Numbered from the stretch's first letter, positions 11,805 to 26,012 are shown. The stretch is DNA of 64,000 nt from Eledone cirrhosa (GCA_964016885.1 OZ024741.1:172174001-172238000), one strand, 5' to 3'. Numbers and translations: made by a program. The notes: generated by a model not told the origin, from the letters alone.

Positions 11805-14800
11805 ATGCCACACAAGTGCCAAATGGAACGGCGCAACCACTGGAAACGGTGAATCCACAGATGGCTATGTAACCATACATTCGCCAATCCTCGATAAGAG
11901 TGTTTAAATATCGAACCTACACAGTTCGAATAACGGTGAAATGGAGACTAGAACGTCATGTTATAGACTCTCACCCAACAGGGTAAAGCAGGAACCTGAC
12001 TGTCAACCAAATACTGCTGGTGTTGGAGGAAGAAGAAGAAGGAAAGGGGCCAGAACCAACTGGACGAAAGATTTGAATAGAACAGTTATGCAATGTTACC
12101 TGAAAAGTAACCCCAAGGAGAGGGGCTATAGGAGACGGATGCATAACATCTGGAACGAGATTGGTCTATTTAAATTAGATGAACAAAAATTGGCCGGGCA
12201 GGCTCGGGTAATAAGAACTAATGGGTGGATAAGCGAGCTGGAACTGGAGGAACTGAGCAGAGAGAATAGCTTGGAGATGGAGGGTGTAGTATGCCAGACA
12301 AACGAGCCAGTGGGAAATGAAGGTGTAGAGGTCGAGAGAACGGAGGAACCACCCGAAGCAGACAATGATCTGAACACTGAGATAAATAATACCTGGAACA
12401 GAGATACGGCCACTGAGGAGATGAATGCTGACGGGCTGGGACAAGATTCGGTTGACATCCTAAACTTAGTGGTAGATGAATTGAACAATGATAGTGGGAG
12501 ACCTATGAACCTAAGATTTGTAGACAGGAAAAAGTTAAAAGAAACAACAGCTAAGGTAAACAAAGTCATCCCATACCTTGAGGCGAGGAGCCTTCACCAG
12601 TGCAACAATATCCTCAAAGCAACAGCAAATACGGTGAGGAAACTACTTGGTATAAAAGCGAGAGGAAACAACAGACAAGAAAGAGCAGAGCCTTGGTGGA
12701 AGAAACGACTAAATGGTCAAATCAGGGAAATGAGAAATGACATAGGAAAGCTTGAGTCACTACAGAATGGGACACTAAAAAAAAAAGGCACTAAAAATAG
12801 ACTGGAAATAAAGTACAAAACTAGGAGGAAAAAGCTAAATATTATCATAGAGGAACTGAAGCAACGCATTGTCGCAAAGAGTGCAAAAATCAGGCGATAC
12901 GAGAACAGAGTCAGTCAGTATAAACAGAACCGCATGTTCGACAACAACCAGATGCTGTTTGGACAGCTTGAGGGGAAAGAAAGAGGCAACGACTTGATCC
13001 TTGAGGCGGAACAAACTAAAACATTCTGGAGAGGAATATGGGAGCAGGATGTTAGACATAATGACCAGGCAGGGTGGATTGAGACAGTACAGAGGGAGAT
13101 CGGTGAGCAGGCACACCAACAAACTGATTTGAGTATCACAGTTGAAACTCTTAAGGGGCAGGCAAAAAAACTAACCAACTGGAAATCACCAGGCCCAGAT
13201 GGTGTGCAGGGGTATTGGATTAAAAATTTAACATCCCTCCACCTGAAACTGACGACCATGTTCAATGACTGCTTGGTGTCGGGTGAGGTGCCAGAGTGGT
13301 TGACAAAAGGTACCACAGTTCTGATAATGAAAGACCGAATCAAGGGTAATGATGTTACCAACTATAGACCTATCACATGTCTGTCCGTAATGTGGAAACT
13401 GTTGACGAGCATTGTGTCTGAGGAAATCTACCATCACCTCCACACAAACAACTTGTTACCGGACGAACAGAAAGGATGCCGAAAGAAGTCACGTGGTACA
13501 AAGGACCAGTTACTTATTGATAAGATGGTAATGGGGAATTGCAGGAGGAGACACACTGATCTTGCCATGGGATGGATAGACTACAGAAAGGCATTTGACA
13601 TGGTGCCTCACTCTTGGATCACCAAAAGCCTGGAGATCTTCAAGGTGGCAGATAACATCAGACAGTTGCTGGACAAAAGTATGAAGTCCTGGGAGACAGA
13701 GTTGACATCAACTGGAGAATCCTTGGGAAGCGTGAAGATCAAGAGAGGTATCTTCCAGGGAGATAGCATGTCCCCTCTGTTGTTTGTCCTTGCCCTGATG
13801 CCCTTGACCATTATGCTGCGAAAAGTGAGAGCATGATACAAGTTGGGAAAGGGAGAGCTTACCATCAATCACCTCCTCTTCATGGACGATCTTAAGCTCT
13901 TCGGGAAGAGTGAGAAGGAGTTGGATGTGCTTGTTGACACTGTCCGCATTTTCAGCAGTGATATATGTATGCAGTTTGGTATTAGTAAGTGTGGAGTCAT
14001 TGTGATGAGGAGGGGTAGGTTGAGCAGAAGTAACGGAATCCAGATACCAACAGGTGAGATGATAAAGGAAATTGACTCTGAGGAAGGATACAAGTATTTG
14101 GGCGGTCTGGAGGCTGATGGCATAAAGAACAAAAAAATGAAGGAATTGTTAAGAACTGAATACATTCGGAGAGTAAGGAGCGTATTGAAGTCACACCTGA
14201 ACAGCAGAAATGCCATAAGCGCAGTAAATTCCCGAGCTGTGTCTATTATTAGGTACAGTGCGGGAATTCTGAGATGGAATGCTGCTGAACAAAAAGAAAT
14301 GGATAGGAAGACTAGGAAGCTATTGACTATCTACAACATGTTCCACAAGAGGAGTGATGTCAATAGACTCTACCTAAGGAGATCTGAGGGTGGAAGAGGT
14401 CTTATCAGCATAGAGGACTGTGTTCAGATGGAGAAAAACAACCTATACAAATACGTGACTGATAGTAAGGAGCCAATGCTCAGAACTGTACTGAAGGAGG
14501 GGACAGTAGGCCAGTGGATGTCCAAGGAGGAAATAACATCAAGGAGAAAGAGCAGCCTTCAGGGAAAATCCTTTCATAGTACCTTCTTTGAGAAAACTGA
14601 ATTTAGAGATCCACAGACATGGAACTGGTTGAGAAGAGGAGACCTCAAAAAGGCTACAGAAGGAATGTTAATGGCTGCGCAGGAGCAGGCCCTCAAAACG
14701 AAGTGGTTGAAACACCATATTTACAAGGAGGAGGCTAGCCCACTGTGCAGGATCTGTGGAGAGAGAGTGGAGACTGTGGCTCACATTGTATCCGCGTGTA

Positions 14801-15395
14801 AACACCTAGCCCAGACCCACTATAAGGGCTGGAGACATGATGTGATGGGCAGGGTGATCCACTGGCACCTGTGCAAAGTAAACAATTTACCACATTCTGA
14901 GAAGAGGTATGAGAATAACCCAGAGTCGGTGATAGAAAACGATCAGGTGAAGGTGCTGTGGGATTTTAGGATACAGACGGACAAAGAAACTGGAACACAA
15001 TAGACCTAACCTGGTGGTTTTGGACAAGGGAAAAAGATCGTGCCTGATTGTGGATGTGGCCTGCCCATTCGACACGAGAGTGCAAGAGAAGGAGAGGGAG
15101 AAAATTAACCGATACCAGGACTTAAAGTGGGAGTTAAAAGGATTTGGAACTGCCATGAAGTCAAAGTGGTCCCGATTGTCATAGGCGCACTAGGTACTAT
15201 CTCAAGGAGTTTCCAGGGATTGTTAAGGAAGATTAATCCAGCTCCACTTTTTAGAACACTTCAAAAGGCATTCTTGCTGGGAACAGCAAGAACCCTCCGA
15301 GACGTCCTGAATATCTGAGGCTGCAGGTAGCAGCTTGATATTCATTTCAACAAACTTTCCAGTTAAATAACATCAATGACTGAGACTCAAAGAAC

Positions 15396-15460
<65 letters not shown>

Positions 15461-15475
15461 TAACAACAACAACAA
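11805..15475 (+). mobile_element. Near full-length R4/Dong-type RLE non-LTR retrotransposon with (TAA)n tail
   Basis: One ORF 11941-15318: N-terminal helical domain, RT (KSPGPDG, NYRPITCL, EQKG, WIDYRKAFD, GIFQGDSMSPLLF, LFMDD), CCHC knuckle CRICGERVETVAHIVSAC, RLE (NRPNLV..IVDVACP..EK..RY). Ends in (TAA)n. Confidence 0.93.
11941..15318 (+). pseudogene. RT-CCHC-RLE polyprotein with three lesions
   Basis: TGA at 13834-13836 (Gly expected), +1 frameshift near 14983, -1 frameshift near 15136; the PD motif reads PN. Confidence 0.88.
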
Positions 15476-15756
15476 CACAATTACATCACACGTAGCATGT
15501 ATAATTCGTCTCTCACTGGCTAGATTGAAGTATTTGATTAAATTACTGATTAAGTGTTCTAATTAGCATTATTGAACTGCTATCAAGATTGTTAAAGGAA
15601 TAGTAATTGGTGAACATATTTGTCTGCCCCTTAATTCAATTGCAACAGAGCTTTCTGCAACATTTCATCATTCTCACAATATATTATGCAGACAATTGCT
15701 ACTAATTAATAGATTACACATTCTCAGTGTAGGAAACAGAGTATTTAAAATTAACA

Positions 15757-15823
<67 letters not shown>

Positions 15824-15908
15824 TTCAGTTTCACGCACATACACTCACACACTCACACACACACACAGTTATGTACGTTTATATATATATATATATATAT
15901 ACATACAT

Positions 15909-16012
<104 letters not shown>

Positions 16013-16088
16013 CGAAGGAAATGTGGTAAGGAACCAGGTGGACCATAACGCACCAAAGTACTCAATACTTGAGGTAGTAGAGTGGGTA

Positions 16089-16212
16089 ATAGGAACCAGT
16101 AAGACCCCGACAGCTGAGCTCAAGCCGTTTCGACGGCTAATTCTGGACTTAATTCCAGAATTAGCCGTCGAAACGGCTTGAGCTCAGCTGTCGGGGTCTT
16201 ACTGGTTCCTAT
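16089..16212. repeat. Perfect fold-back, 59 bp arms with 6 nt loop
   Basis: ATAGGAACCAGT..TTCTGGA cttaat TCCAGAA..ACTGGTTCCTAT; related pieces at 2191-2210, 42628-42810, 49420-49470 and 51721-51770. Confidence 0.93.
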
Positions 16213-16349
16213 ATATATATATATATATATATTTATATTAAAATAACAGATATTTGCTCTACGGTTCTTATATATTTGATATATATTTATACTTATCGAG
16301 CCCTCGTTGGATTTTAGTCTTCAAATTTATTAATATTACTATATATATA

Positions 16350-17465
16350 TATAAAAAAGAAGAATGAGCAACGTGTATGCGTATGAGATAGTACACAGGA
16401 GAAGCATGAGATATACAGAACATATATGTGTTACACGATGGAATACGTGGAGAGAATGGACTCTCTATTGAAAAGATACACATGCTTGGGGGTGCATATA
16501 CCGACCATACTGGAGTATGTCACCGCGGTTGAGGTATATTGTCCTATAGGTGTAATGCATTTGACTGAAATTCAGTGGAATCCGGTTCAACCTGCCCCGG
16601 CTCGCGATGTTCTTGCCTAGGGTGACGAGCAACAGTCGGATATGCATCCCGGGTTATTTCGGTTTGCCCCACGGGGCTATATAGTCATCAGGGTATGCTG
16701 TCTGATCCCTTGAACCCGTTTCGCCGCTCTGGTCGGCGCACGCTCCGCCGCATGCCTGGGTTCCCGGTGGATTCCATGCAGAGAGTGTGCACCTTCTCTG
16801 GTGTCTGCACGTCATGATTATTTCCGATTTCAGGTTGACCGCATCATCCTTCAGTCTAACTATCTCCATAGGCATAGCCCACACTTTCTGCTTCAAGCCG
16901 AGTATGCATTCGCGTGCCGAACGATACTCCAGTCAAGGGCATACGGGGTGCCTTTATCCTTCAAGTCCCACACCCGGTCCGCCAGCCTAGTAGAGTGCCT
17001 CTTACTCCGGTCCTTGAATTAGTTCGTGTGGTTATACATCCACGATTTAAAGGTTGTGGATGTTGCGCCGATGTAGGTGTGCTAAGCACACATTTATATA
17101 CCAGGCCCTTCGTCAGGCATCTTCCCTACAGGGGGCACTGCGTGCCGGCTCTGCAGCTGCACGTTCTGCCGTTATGTTGTTCCTTTCGGGCGCCTGGCCC
17201 TTGATCTTATATGGCCCTCTCCCGATCCTCAAGGTGTTGTTCCGCCGACACGGTGGTCTCTCCTCCGCCACTCATTCCCGTCCGGCGTTGGATTTATGGA
17301 CTTCCGCGGTAGTGGCGGCCGCCGCGAGGGTCGGGTTTTGGTTGGAAGACGTATTATATGTTCTGTATATCTCATGCTTCTCCTGTGTACTATCTCATAC
17401 GCATACACGTTGCTCATTCTTCTTTTTTATATATCCCTATGTGACGTTATATCTATACTTTTAAT
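16350..17465 (-). mobile_element. 5'-truncated GC-rich Hydra-like PLE (GIY-YIG end) with inverted pseudo-LTR
   Basis: TCSCRAGTQCPL*GRCLTKGLVYKC..TYIGATSTTFK..NH..STRLADRVWDLK..LDWSIV..KCGLC..NLKSEI..CRH; ~75 bp inverted repeats at 16353-16426 and 17356-17430; HHR-like CTGATGA..GAAA at 16644-16698 (-). Confidence 0.85.
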
Positions 17466-17606
17466 ATATCGCACGTTTATTTTATATATGTGTATATACG
17501 TATGTGTATATATAGATGTATATATATATATATGAAGATATATGTGTGTGTTTATATGTGTGTATCATTATATTGTTTATATATGTGCATGCTTATAACA
17601 AGACGC

Positions 17607-17770
17607 ATCATTTCATGTATGACCCATTCTATGACCCTTTGTGTATATTTATATGACTTTGCATATATATCCTATTTCTGTGTGTATATATACACACAGA
17701 AATAGGATATATATGCAAAGTCATATAAATATACACAAAGGGTCATAGAATGGGTCATACATGAAATGAT
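17607..17770. repeat. 164 bp perfect spacerless palindrome
   Basis: Arms are exact reverse complements centred on TATA|TATA at 17688/17689. Confidence 0.93.
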
Positions 17771-17811
17771 ATATATATAAAGAGAGAGAGAGAGTGAGTG
17801 AGAGAGAGAGA

Positions 17812-17869
<58 letters not shown>

Positions 17870-17874
<5 letters not shown>

Positions 17875-18475
17875 ATGAAAGGAAATTTCATTTCTCACTC
17901 TTAATACGGCTGATACTTAAATGTAAGTATGTATGTATACGTACATACATATATGTATACAGACGTACAGTAGTATGTATATGTATACATACATGCACAC
18001 ATATATATATGTACGTATGGGTTTACCGAACATTTATTATAGTGTTCGGTTTGTTTGTAAACAAACAAACAGCCCGAAGTACGCCATTTATCGTTTTCGG
18101 TGCACCCGGCCGACTAACTCGCTCGATATGCGAATTAGGCTGGTCAGCCGTTAATATGCATAAGGAAAGTATATACTTTCAGACGTTCAATCATCTGGCA
18201 GGAAGGTATACAATGCTGACAATAGCTAATAAGCTTGAAACTAGTACATCGTTCCTGTGTCAGTGTTGAACAAAAAGGCGACTAATGGTTGCCTGAACAC
18301 TGTATGGCACAATTTGGGCTGTTTGTTTGTTTACAAACAAATCGAACATTATAATAAATGTTCGGCAAACCCATACGTACATATATATGTGTGCATGTAT
18401 GTATATATATATACATACTACTGTACGTCTGTATACATATATGTATGTACGTATATATGCATACTTATATATATA
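17870..18475. repeat. Fold-back copy of a dispersed ~350 bp family (also 29230-29590 and 52865-53385)
   Basis: Arms 17921-18077 and 18313-18470 are inverted; ACAGACGTACAGTAG and CCGAACATTTATTATA blocks are shared across loci. Confidence 0.85.
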
Positions 18476-18542
18476 TATAACTTTGTAGTCGTGCGTGGAC
18501 CTGTATGTGAATATGCGCATATTTATAAGAGTGTATATGAGC

Positions 18543-18657
<115 letters not shown>

Positions 18658-18780
18658 CAAGAACCCAATGTAGCGAAAGGGCTTGTTTGTGTGTGTATAT
18701 ATATATATGTGTATATGTGTACGTATATATATATATATATATATATTAATAAATGGAAACTATATTTATAAAACCATATT

Positions 18781-18846
18781 TATTTTATTATACATATTTC
18801 AAGGGCAACCAAGCCAGATTATGGTGCGCTTTCATCAGATAAAATA
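18781..18846 (-). ncRNA. Complete type I hammerhead ribozyme in the PLE 3' pseudo-LTR
   Basis: Stem I TATTTTAT/ATAAAATA, CTGATGA, stem II AAG.GCACC/GGTTGCCCTT, GAAA, near-palindromic stem III ATATGTAT, AUA site. Confidence 0.8.
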
Positions 18847-19781
18847 CAGATTTGTTTTATAAATAAATATTGACATACCCGGAAAAAAGACAACCTTAAC
18901 GGTTGGAGCTTCCTGGATAGTGGAGATAATATTTTATTGAGGGTAATACAAAAATATGAGTGAGTATGCAAATGAGAGTCCGAAAGGTTTAAAAGATAAC
19001 GGTTTATTTAAATTAAACTGTTGGAAGAAGATGATATGTAAGGGAGAGAGAAAAAAAGAAAAAAAGATAGGAGAAAGAGAGAATAGGAAAGAAAGAACGA
19101 TTATACGTATTGATAGTGAAGATAGAGTGAATGAAGAAATACGTTTCAATGGAGAAATATACACAGCGTAAATATATCTAAGTGAAAGAAGTTAAAGAAG
19201 AAATAAGATTATCGTTTAAGAATAATATTTATAATATAGGGTTCATTACGTTGTGATTATAATATTTATAATGATAGGTTGAAAAATTAGATTAAAATTA
19301 AAAATTAGAAATCAAAATTAAACATTAAAATTTGCCTTAATATTAAAGATTTAATTTAATAATTTAATATTAATATTAAAAATTAAAAATTAAAAATTAA
19401 AAGTTAAAAATTAAAAAATTAAAAATTAAAATTAAAATTAAAATTAAAATTAAAATTAAAATTAAAACAGAAGTATTTATATTATATTTAGATGTGTATG
19501 TTAAGGATTATAAATTATTTAAATAAATATTACATTAGAGAAAATCTAGTATAGTTTATTTTATTAAAGTAAGTTTGGCAAAATTATATTTATTAGTAGT
19601 TGTAAGTCAAAATTTAAACATACAAATAATTCTAAATTTACGAAAAATTTACGAGAGTTTACAAAGGAATAACTACTTAATTATATTATAAAAACAGTAA
19701 GGAAGTGTAAAGGAAGTTAGAAGTGATTTTTTAAGATCTCAAATGACTCCAAGGATTAAATGTTATAAAGTTTAAAAATGT

Positions 19782-19958
19782 TATCCTAAGAATATAATTA
19801 AAACATAAACCATATGTTATTTATACGAAGTCATAAATTTATCTTAAGAATATAATTAAAACATAAACCATAGGTTATTTTTTAAGAAGTCATACTTGCT
19901 ATAAAATTTTAAAAATGTATCTTAAGAATATAGTTAAAACATAAACCATAGGTTATTC
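19782..19958. repeat. Three-copy tandem repeat inside the PLE 3' UTR
   Basis: TAAGAATATAATTAAAACATAAACCATA.GTTATT occurs three times. Confidence 0.85.
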
Positions 19959-21972
19959 CACATATATATAAAAAACCTATATATAAAAATCATATGTTAT
20001 TCCACATATATACAAATATTTGGATACATATATTAAAAACGTTTGAAGATATAAAAATATTGGAAGATATGAAAATAATGGTTTTTCTATATCTTTCAAA
20101 GGGAATTTCAAAGAATTTTATAAAACCTTCCGTAAGTTTTTTAAGAAAAATTTTCTTAAAAGAGTTTCAAGCAGTCATATAAAAAAAGTTTATAATCTAT
20201 TGATAGGTGTAATAATATAAAGTATATATATGAGGTAGAGATAATAGAAAGTAAATTAAATATATATGAATCATATATAGGTATAGAAAACATTATGTAA
20301 AGGAGATTAACCATATATTACATTTTATATATATATCTAAAAGTTGAGTTTAAACGATGTTTACAAGAACTAAATAAATTATTTCGCAAATTAATAGAGT
20401 TCTTACTTTTTAGTATAAAGAATATTTCTTCAACGCAAAGTGAGCAATTTTTAGATAGAGGAGTGTGTGAAGGAGCTTTGGAGATAATTTTCCAAAATAA
20501 AGAATAGTTAATATTCTTAGATTTTAAGTTCCATAATAAGTTAGATAGAGAAGTTGAAGATTTTTTACCAATATTCGTAAAGGAACATTTATGGTTATTA
20601 AAACGAGATTTGAAGTATGTGGAAGTAGAGCCGACATAGTTAAAGGAGTTTTCATTTGTTTTGACATTACAATTGTATACTATATTTTTAACTAAACAGT
20701 TATTATTTAGAGGACAGGTAGATTTATTTCTACAATTACATTTATCTGAATTTATATTATTGGGAGCCGTAACATTATATTGGATATTGCTAGGGGTATT
20801 AATGCTATTCTGGTTAGATTTTAAGTTTCTATTATTAATTCTATTAATATTCTGCACTAAATTCATAGTGGTGGAATATGAGAGTTTAGTAGTATGTCTA
20901 TTAAATATTGAGTAATATCTGTGTGTCTTAGGAGGGCACTTATCTAGAGCTTTAAAAAATAATTTAGCTATAGGGGTTTTAATACTTAATGAGAAAGGGG
21001 GAGCGAACCATAATATATTTCTAGTTCTATTTTTTCTTTTGATTTTCGAGTTAGTGCAAGGTTTCCTATTATAATTATATTTATAGTTATGGTTAGTTGG
21101 CACATCCTTATTGTCAATGTATTTAATTTCCTTACTATAGCCTGCTCTACTTAACGCTTCAAATTATCTTCATATATATTTTTATTCGCTGAAATTCTAA
21201 AAATACGTTGCTGCACAGAATTCACAATAGTGTTTTTAACGGATCTGAGGTGATTGGAATTAAAGTTAACATAGTTTAAATTATCATTTATTTTATGAAA
21301 TGGATAATAAAGACCAGTATTAAGGTTTAAAGTTACATCTAAAAAATTAACTATTTTATAATTATTCTCTACTTCTACTTTAAGATTAACGCTATTAAAA
21401 AATTGTAAAATTTCATTTCTTTTCCTATTTATTTCACAATTATTATTATTTTCAATAAGCAATAGCATATCGTCACGATATAAACCACCGGTCATCTCCG
21501 GTAATTTCCTATGTAAAGTATTGTTGATAAAAAGCCCCACAAGATCCGTTAATTGCGCCGAGTCCGATGACTCCATAGTGATATCGAAATTGTTATCCCT
21601 ATCTCCTCTAGTCCAAAGGTGGTTGCTACATTTATATAATGTTTTACGTGCAGTTAAGATAATGTGCATTTCATTGCTAGTTAAATCTGTATATTTAAAT
21701 GCATATTTAAGGGCTTTATTAAGTAGATTTGGAGTGATAGATGAGTAATAATTAGCAATATCCAATTGAATGAATTTATTGTTATGTTTATATTTAATGT
21801 TCTTAAACCAGTCAATACCTTCATTAGTCCCATTCCATAATTTTAAATATGGTTTTATAAATATAGTTTCCATTTATTAATTGTGTATTTACTCCACTAA
21901 TTTGTTGAGTGCTTTATTTCAGTTATAAAAATTGTTAAGCTTGTTGAATCCCAACAAATTAAATATAACCTC

Positions 21973-22024
<52 letters not shown>

Positions 22025-22208
22025 CGTATGTATGTGTATATATATATATATAATGTGTGTGTTTATGAGCGAGTCCGTATCTGTGCCTGTATATGGGCAT
22101 ATAGGCAGGCGTCTGTGTATGCATACGTCTATGGTTTTTTATTTGTTCTCCTTAAGTGTGTGTGTGTGTATAGCGGGAGTCTATGCGTACGGATGTTGTT
22201 ATCTGTGT

Positions 22209-22327
<119 letters not shown>

Positions 22328-22473
22328 TGCGCGGGTGGACAGTGAGTGTGCAGTAGTAATTCATCGAAGTGTGGCAGAAGGGAATAGCTGCTGGTCAGTA
22401 GAATTCACACCTGTTGGTCAGATTTATGATGACGTAGAAAAGTAGCAGCCAATAACAGGACGCGTGAAGAGGA

Positions 22474-22547
<74 letters not shown>

Positions 22548-23452
22548 TACACGTATTGCTGGACCTCCAAAATGCTGTGGTGTTTTGCCAGCAGCGCCCA
22601 CTATCTAAGTGCAATAACAGCTGAAACGGGAGAATCGAAGGATCGTCTCATCCCCACTTATATAGTATAGCTCTTTTTCTCATGTTTTATGGCTTATTCA
22701 AAGAAAGCAGGCCAGTACCTATAAACCTTCATTCAAATTCCTGGCCTCTGTGTCTAGTGTGAGAAAGCGTGGGAGTTTTCCTCAAAATGAATATTCGTAC
22801 GGGTGCTTACATCACAATGAACGCCGCTTAAAGCAACCGAGGACCAGGTGGTGATGTAAAATCTAGAATGCAAGGAACTGAAACAAATTACAGTATGATA
22901 TCTCATCGGATGTTCTAACAAACCCATCAATCAAATTTCTCTCTTCTTACTGTTTCTAGGTTTTCGTACAAAATAATATTTCTTCCTTGTTTTCGTATAT
23001 AACGACGATTTGTTTTGTCTTATATTTCTTTGAATTATTTAATGAGATAAAAGTCTATACACCCACTGTTGGAAAGAACATTCTATAAATGCAGCTTTCC
23101 AAAATGTTATCAAATATCTTGTCAGTCACCTATTTCCCATTGTTACACAATAATGTTTATTGGTGACTTGAAGCAGACAAATATATATGTAGTGTCTGAA
23201 TAACTATACTTCTTATTGTCACTTATTTTTCTGTCATCTTGAGACTGACTTGGTCAATAGTAAAAGTGCTTTTAAACGAAAATGCCAATTAGTTTTAGTA
23301 GCTGTGTGCAGAGTATATTTTATTTGGAATTGTTCAGTGATACAATTAAGATGGTACGTTTCAAAGCTTGAATCAAAAGAGTTCTAGTACGTAGTAGAGA
23401 GGTCTTCTGAAAATAACAGAAACGCTGGTGGGAGTGAGAAGCACAGACGTAC

Positions 23453-23527
<75 letters not shown>

Positions 23528-23564
23528 TCTCACTCTCTCATTCACTCACTCTCTCTCTCTCTCG

Positions 23565-23596
<32 letters not shown>

Positions 23597-23806
23597 TACA
23601 AATATACATACATATACACATAGAATTAAATATATATATATATATATTGAATGTTAATCATACAGGACTGTGACAATCTGATTTGAAGATGTTTTATAGA
23701 ACTTCGTAGATTTTCAATATTATCAATGTATTAAAAACTTGTCTACACACTCTCTCCTCCGCCCCATCTTTATCCCTCTCTCTCTCTCTCTCGCTTCCTC
23801 TTTCTC

Positions 23807-23866
<60 letters not shown>

Positions 23867-23882
23867 CGTGTGTGTGTGTGTG

Positions 23883-23957
<75 letters not shown>

Positions 23958-23967
23958 ATGTGTGTGT

Positions 23968-24014
<47 letters not shown>

Positions 24015-24039
24015 ACGACGAAGCTAGCAAGCCACATAT

Positions 24040-24470
24040 GATCAATCAGAGATGCAGATGTCGATTACGCCATTCAATGGAACGTTCTGACCAAATCCAG
24101 GCCATATGGAAATGGGACTTTGTCCTGTGAGCTGTGTATCGACGAACGAATGAATATCTTGCAGAGATTACATAATAGTATTTGCCTCAACACAAGTTCC
24201 AACTGTTTTAAAATACTGACCCCATACTGTGAAATACATGTTACGCAACTGCAAAGACACAGGATAAAACTTACCCGGAATGAACTAACTCAAACGTAAA
24301 TTGCCTCATCACCAGTTTAACTTAAGTTGTCTCCTTTATCGACGTCCAAGCACAGAACCCAGTCAGGTCATATACACTTCGGTTCTCAGCACAATCGCAC
24401 TCACATTGAAAATCCGTTGGGTGAAACGCACGTCCTTGACTAGGGTTCAATAATTTGTTGTGGAACTAAC
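24040..24470 (+). mobile_element. Hydra-like PLE 3' fragment
   Basis: IRDADVDYAIQWNVLTKSRPY..SCELCIDERMNI..CLN aligns with the endonuclease C-terminus at 20318-20540; decayed HHR GGGTGAAACGCACGTC near 24420. Confidence 0.7.
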
Positions 24471-24471
24471 T

Positions 24472-24547
<76 letters not shown>

Positions 24548-24582
24548 CGCTCTCCCTCTCCATATATATATTTATATATCCA

Positions 24583-24656
<74 letters not shown>

Positions 24657-24659
24657 ATC

Positions 24660-24920
24660 GATCACACACCATTTCTACTTCCATTTTCTCCCAACCCACT
24701 ACCTCCCACTGCCACCTCGAGTTCATCTCCCCCAAAGTCTCTATATCCTACTGCCAATTCCTCCGTCATAGTCGGCTCTGCAGTCAGGCCCATAATTTCG
24801 ACATCCAGTTTCAACGCATTGCTTCTCGCTTCATCCACAGTGGATAACCTCCCACCGGGATTGAAGCCTTTACCCTTATCCATGATACTGACCGCACGCA
24901 CATTAGTATTCGCGTGGCAC
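24660..24920 (-). mobile_element. Possible LINE AP-endonuclease N-terminal remnant
   Basis: TNVRA..VDEAR..LDVEIMGLT..SG..RNGV resembles an APE start; degraded. Confidence 0.4.
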
Positions 24921-25124
24921 TCAGTGCCTCGGCTGTGGTGTCGTCGCTGTTGTATGTTTCCTAACATTTACACCATACCCATCACTACCCTCCGCAACGC
25001 ACGCCACACCTTGTAGCTTATCCGTTAACGTTTGTACCACTATATCGTTGCTTCCGAAGCTAACGTATGCCACGTATTGAAATATACAGGCCACGACCAT
25101 ATTCACTACTTCCTCATTTTTACA

Positions 25125-25440
25125 CAGCCCCTCTGACCAAGAGACTCACTCAGAGGGTGGATGGGTGCTACATGAGAATGCTGTGGGTGGCTCTGAACAT
25201 TAATCAGTATACACTCAGGATGAAGATCTCAGAGCTTTACGAGTGCCTCCCAAAAGTCACCTCAAAATTAACACAGAAGAGACTGCCATAACCTGGACAT
25301 GCGCACCGACATTCAGAGTTGATACTGCCACAATGGCCTTGTGGGAGCCCCTACAAGGACACACTAGAAGAGGGAAACAGAGGATGACATATATTGATGC
25401 CCTAAGAACAGACACTGGTCTCTGGGAGAGTGCAAAGAGC
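25125..25440 (+). mobile_element. RTE-clade LINE 3' fragment
   Basis: LTKRLTQRVDGCYMRMLWVALNI..ELYECLPKV..LWEPLQGHTRRGKQRMTYIDALRTDTGL. Confidence 0.8.
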
Positions 25441-26012
25441 TAAACTAATCACTACAACTAAATTTTCCAAATTTGCCCCACCCTCTCAATTTAGAAATGC
25501 TTCCACTGCCCCAGTTACATGCTATTATATAGCATCTTCACGCATCAGTACATCTTTCTATATATTGATTTATAGAGAGATGCATGGCCGGAATGTAAAT
25601 CAGTGCTGCGAAAATTGAAACAGTCGTCCAGAAAGTAAATCCAGGTAGAGCCACTACTTCTCCGAATTGAAAAATCACAGCTCCGATACTATGAGCATGT
25701 GGTTAAAGTGCCTCAAGAAAGAATCACCGAAAAGATTTTACGGGTAAAACCAACAAGTAGGAGACCCTTGACTGAAACCTCAGAAAGATAGTTGGATAAC
25801 ATTCACGAACTTGGATAGAAGAAGAAGACCTACTTTTCGTTTCGCATTGGTATAATTGTTATTAAATGAAGTTGTCATCTGGAAGATTTGGAGTTCAACT
25901 TTTCATAGCGACCAATTGCATCTTTTTTCATCTTTTAATGTCTTCTCTTTATTTAATAAGCTATCTTTATAACATTTCTGCTCTTGAGCAATTTCTTTAC
26001 ACACACACACAC

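Larger units (their letters stand above)
18745..21975 (-). mobile_element. 5'-truncated AT-rich Hydra-like PLE with long 3' UTR, HHR and inverted pseudo-LTR fragment
   Basis: RT 21151-21840 (QLDIANYYSSI, LYRDD, VNFLDVTLNL); 20318-21103 ILWFAPPFS..CNCRNKSTCPL (CxCx5C)..IVY..YVGSTS..RFNNH..CSLC; 21843-21880 is an inverted copy of 18745-18782; (TA)n flanks. Confidence 0.9.

Noticed and set aside
11805-11940. HDV-like ribozyme in the Dong 5' UTR
   Set aside because: Could not assemble the nested double pseudoknot.
13834-13836. In-frame TGA in the Dong ORF as selenocysteine
   Set aside because: The position corresponds to Gly (KVRAGYK), so it is a simple GGA>TGA mutation.
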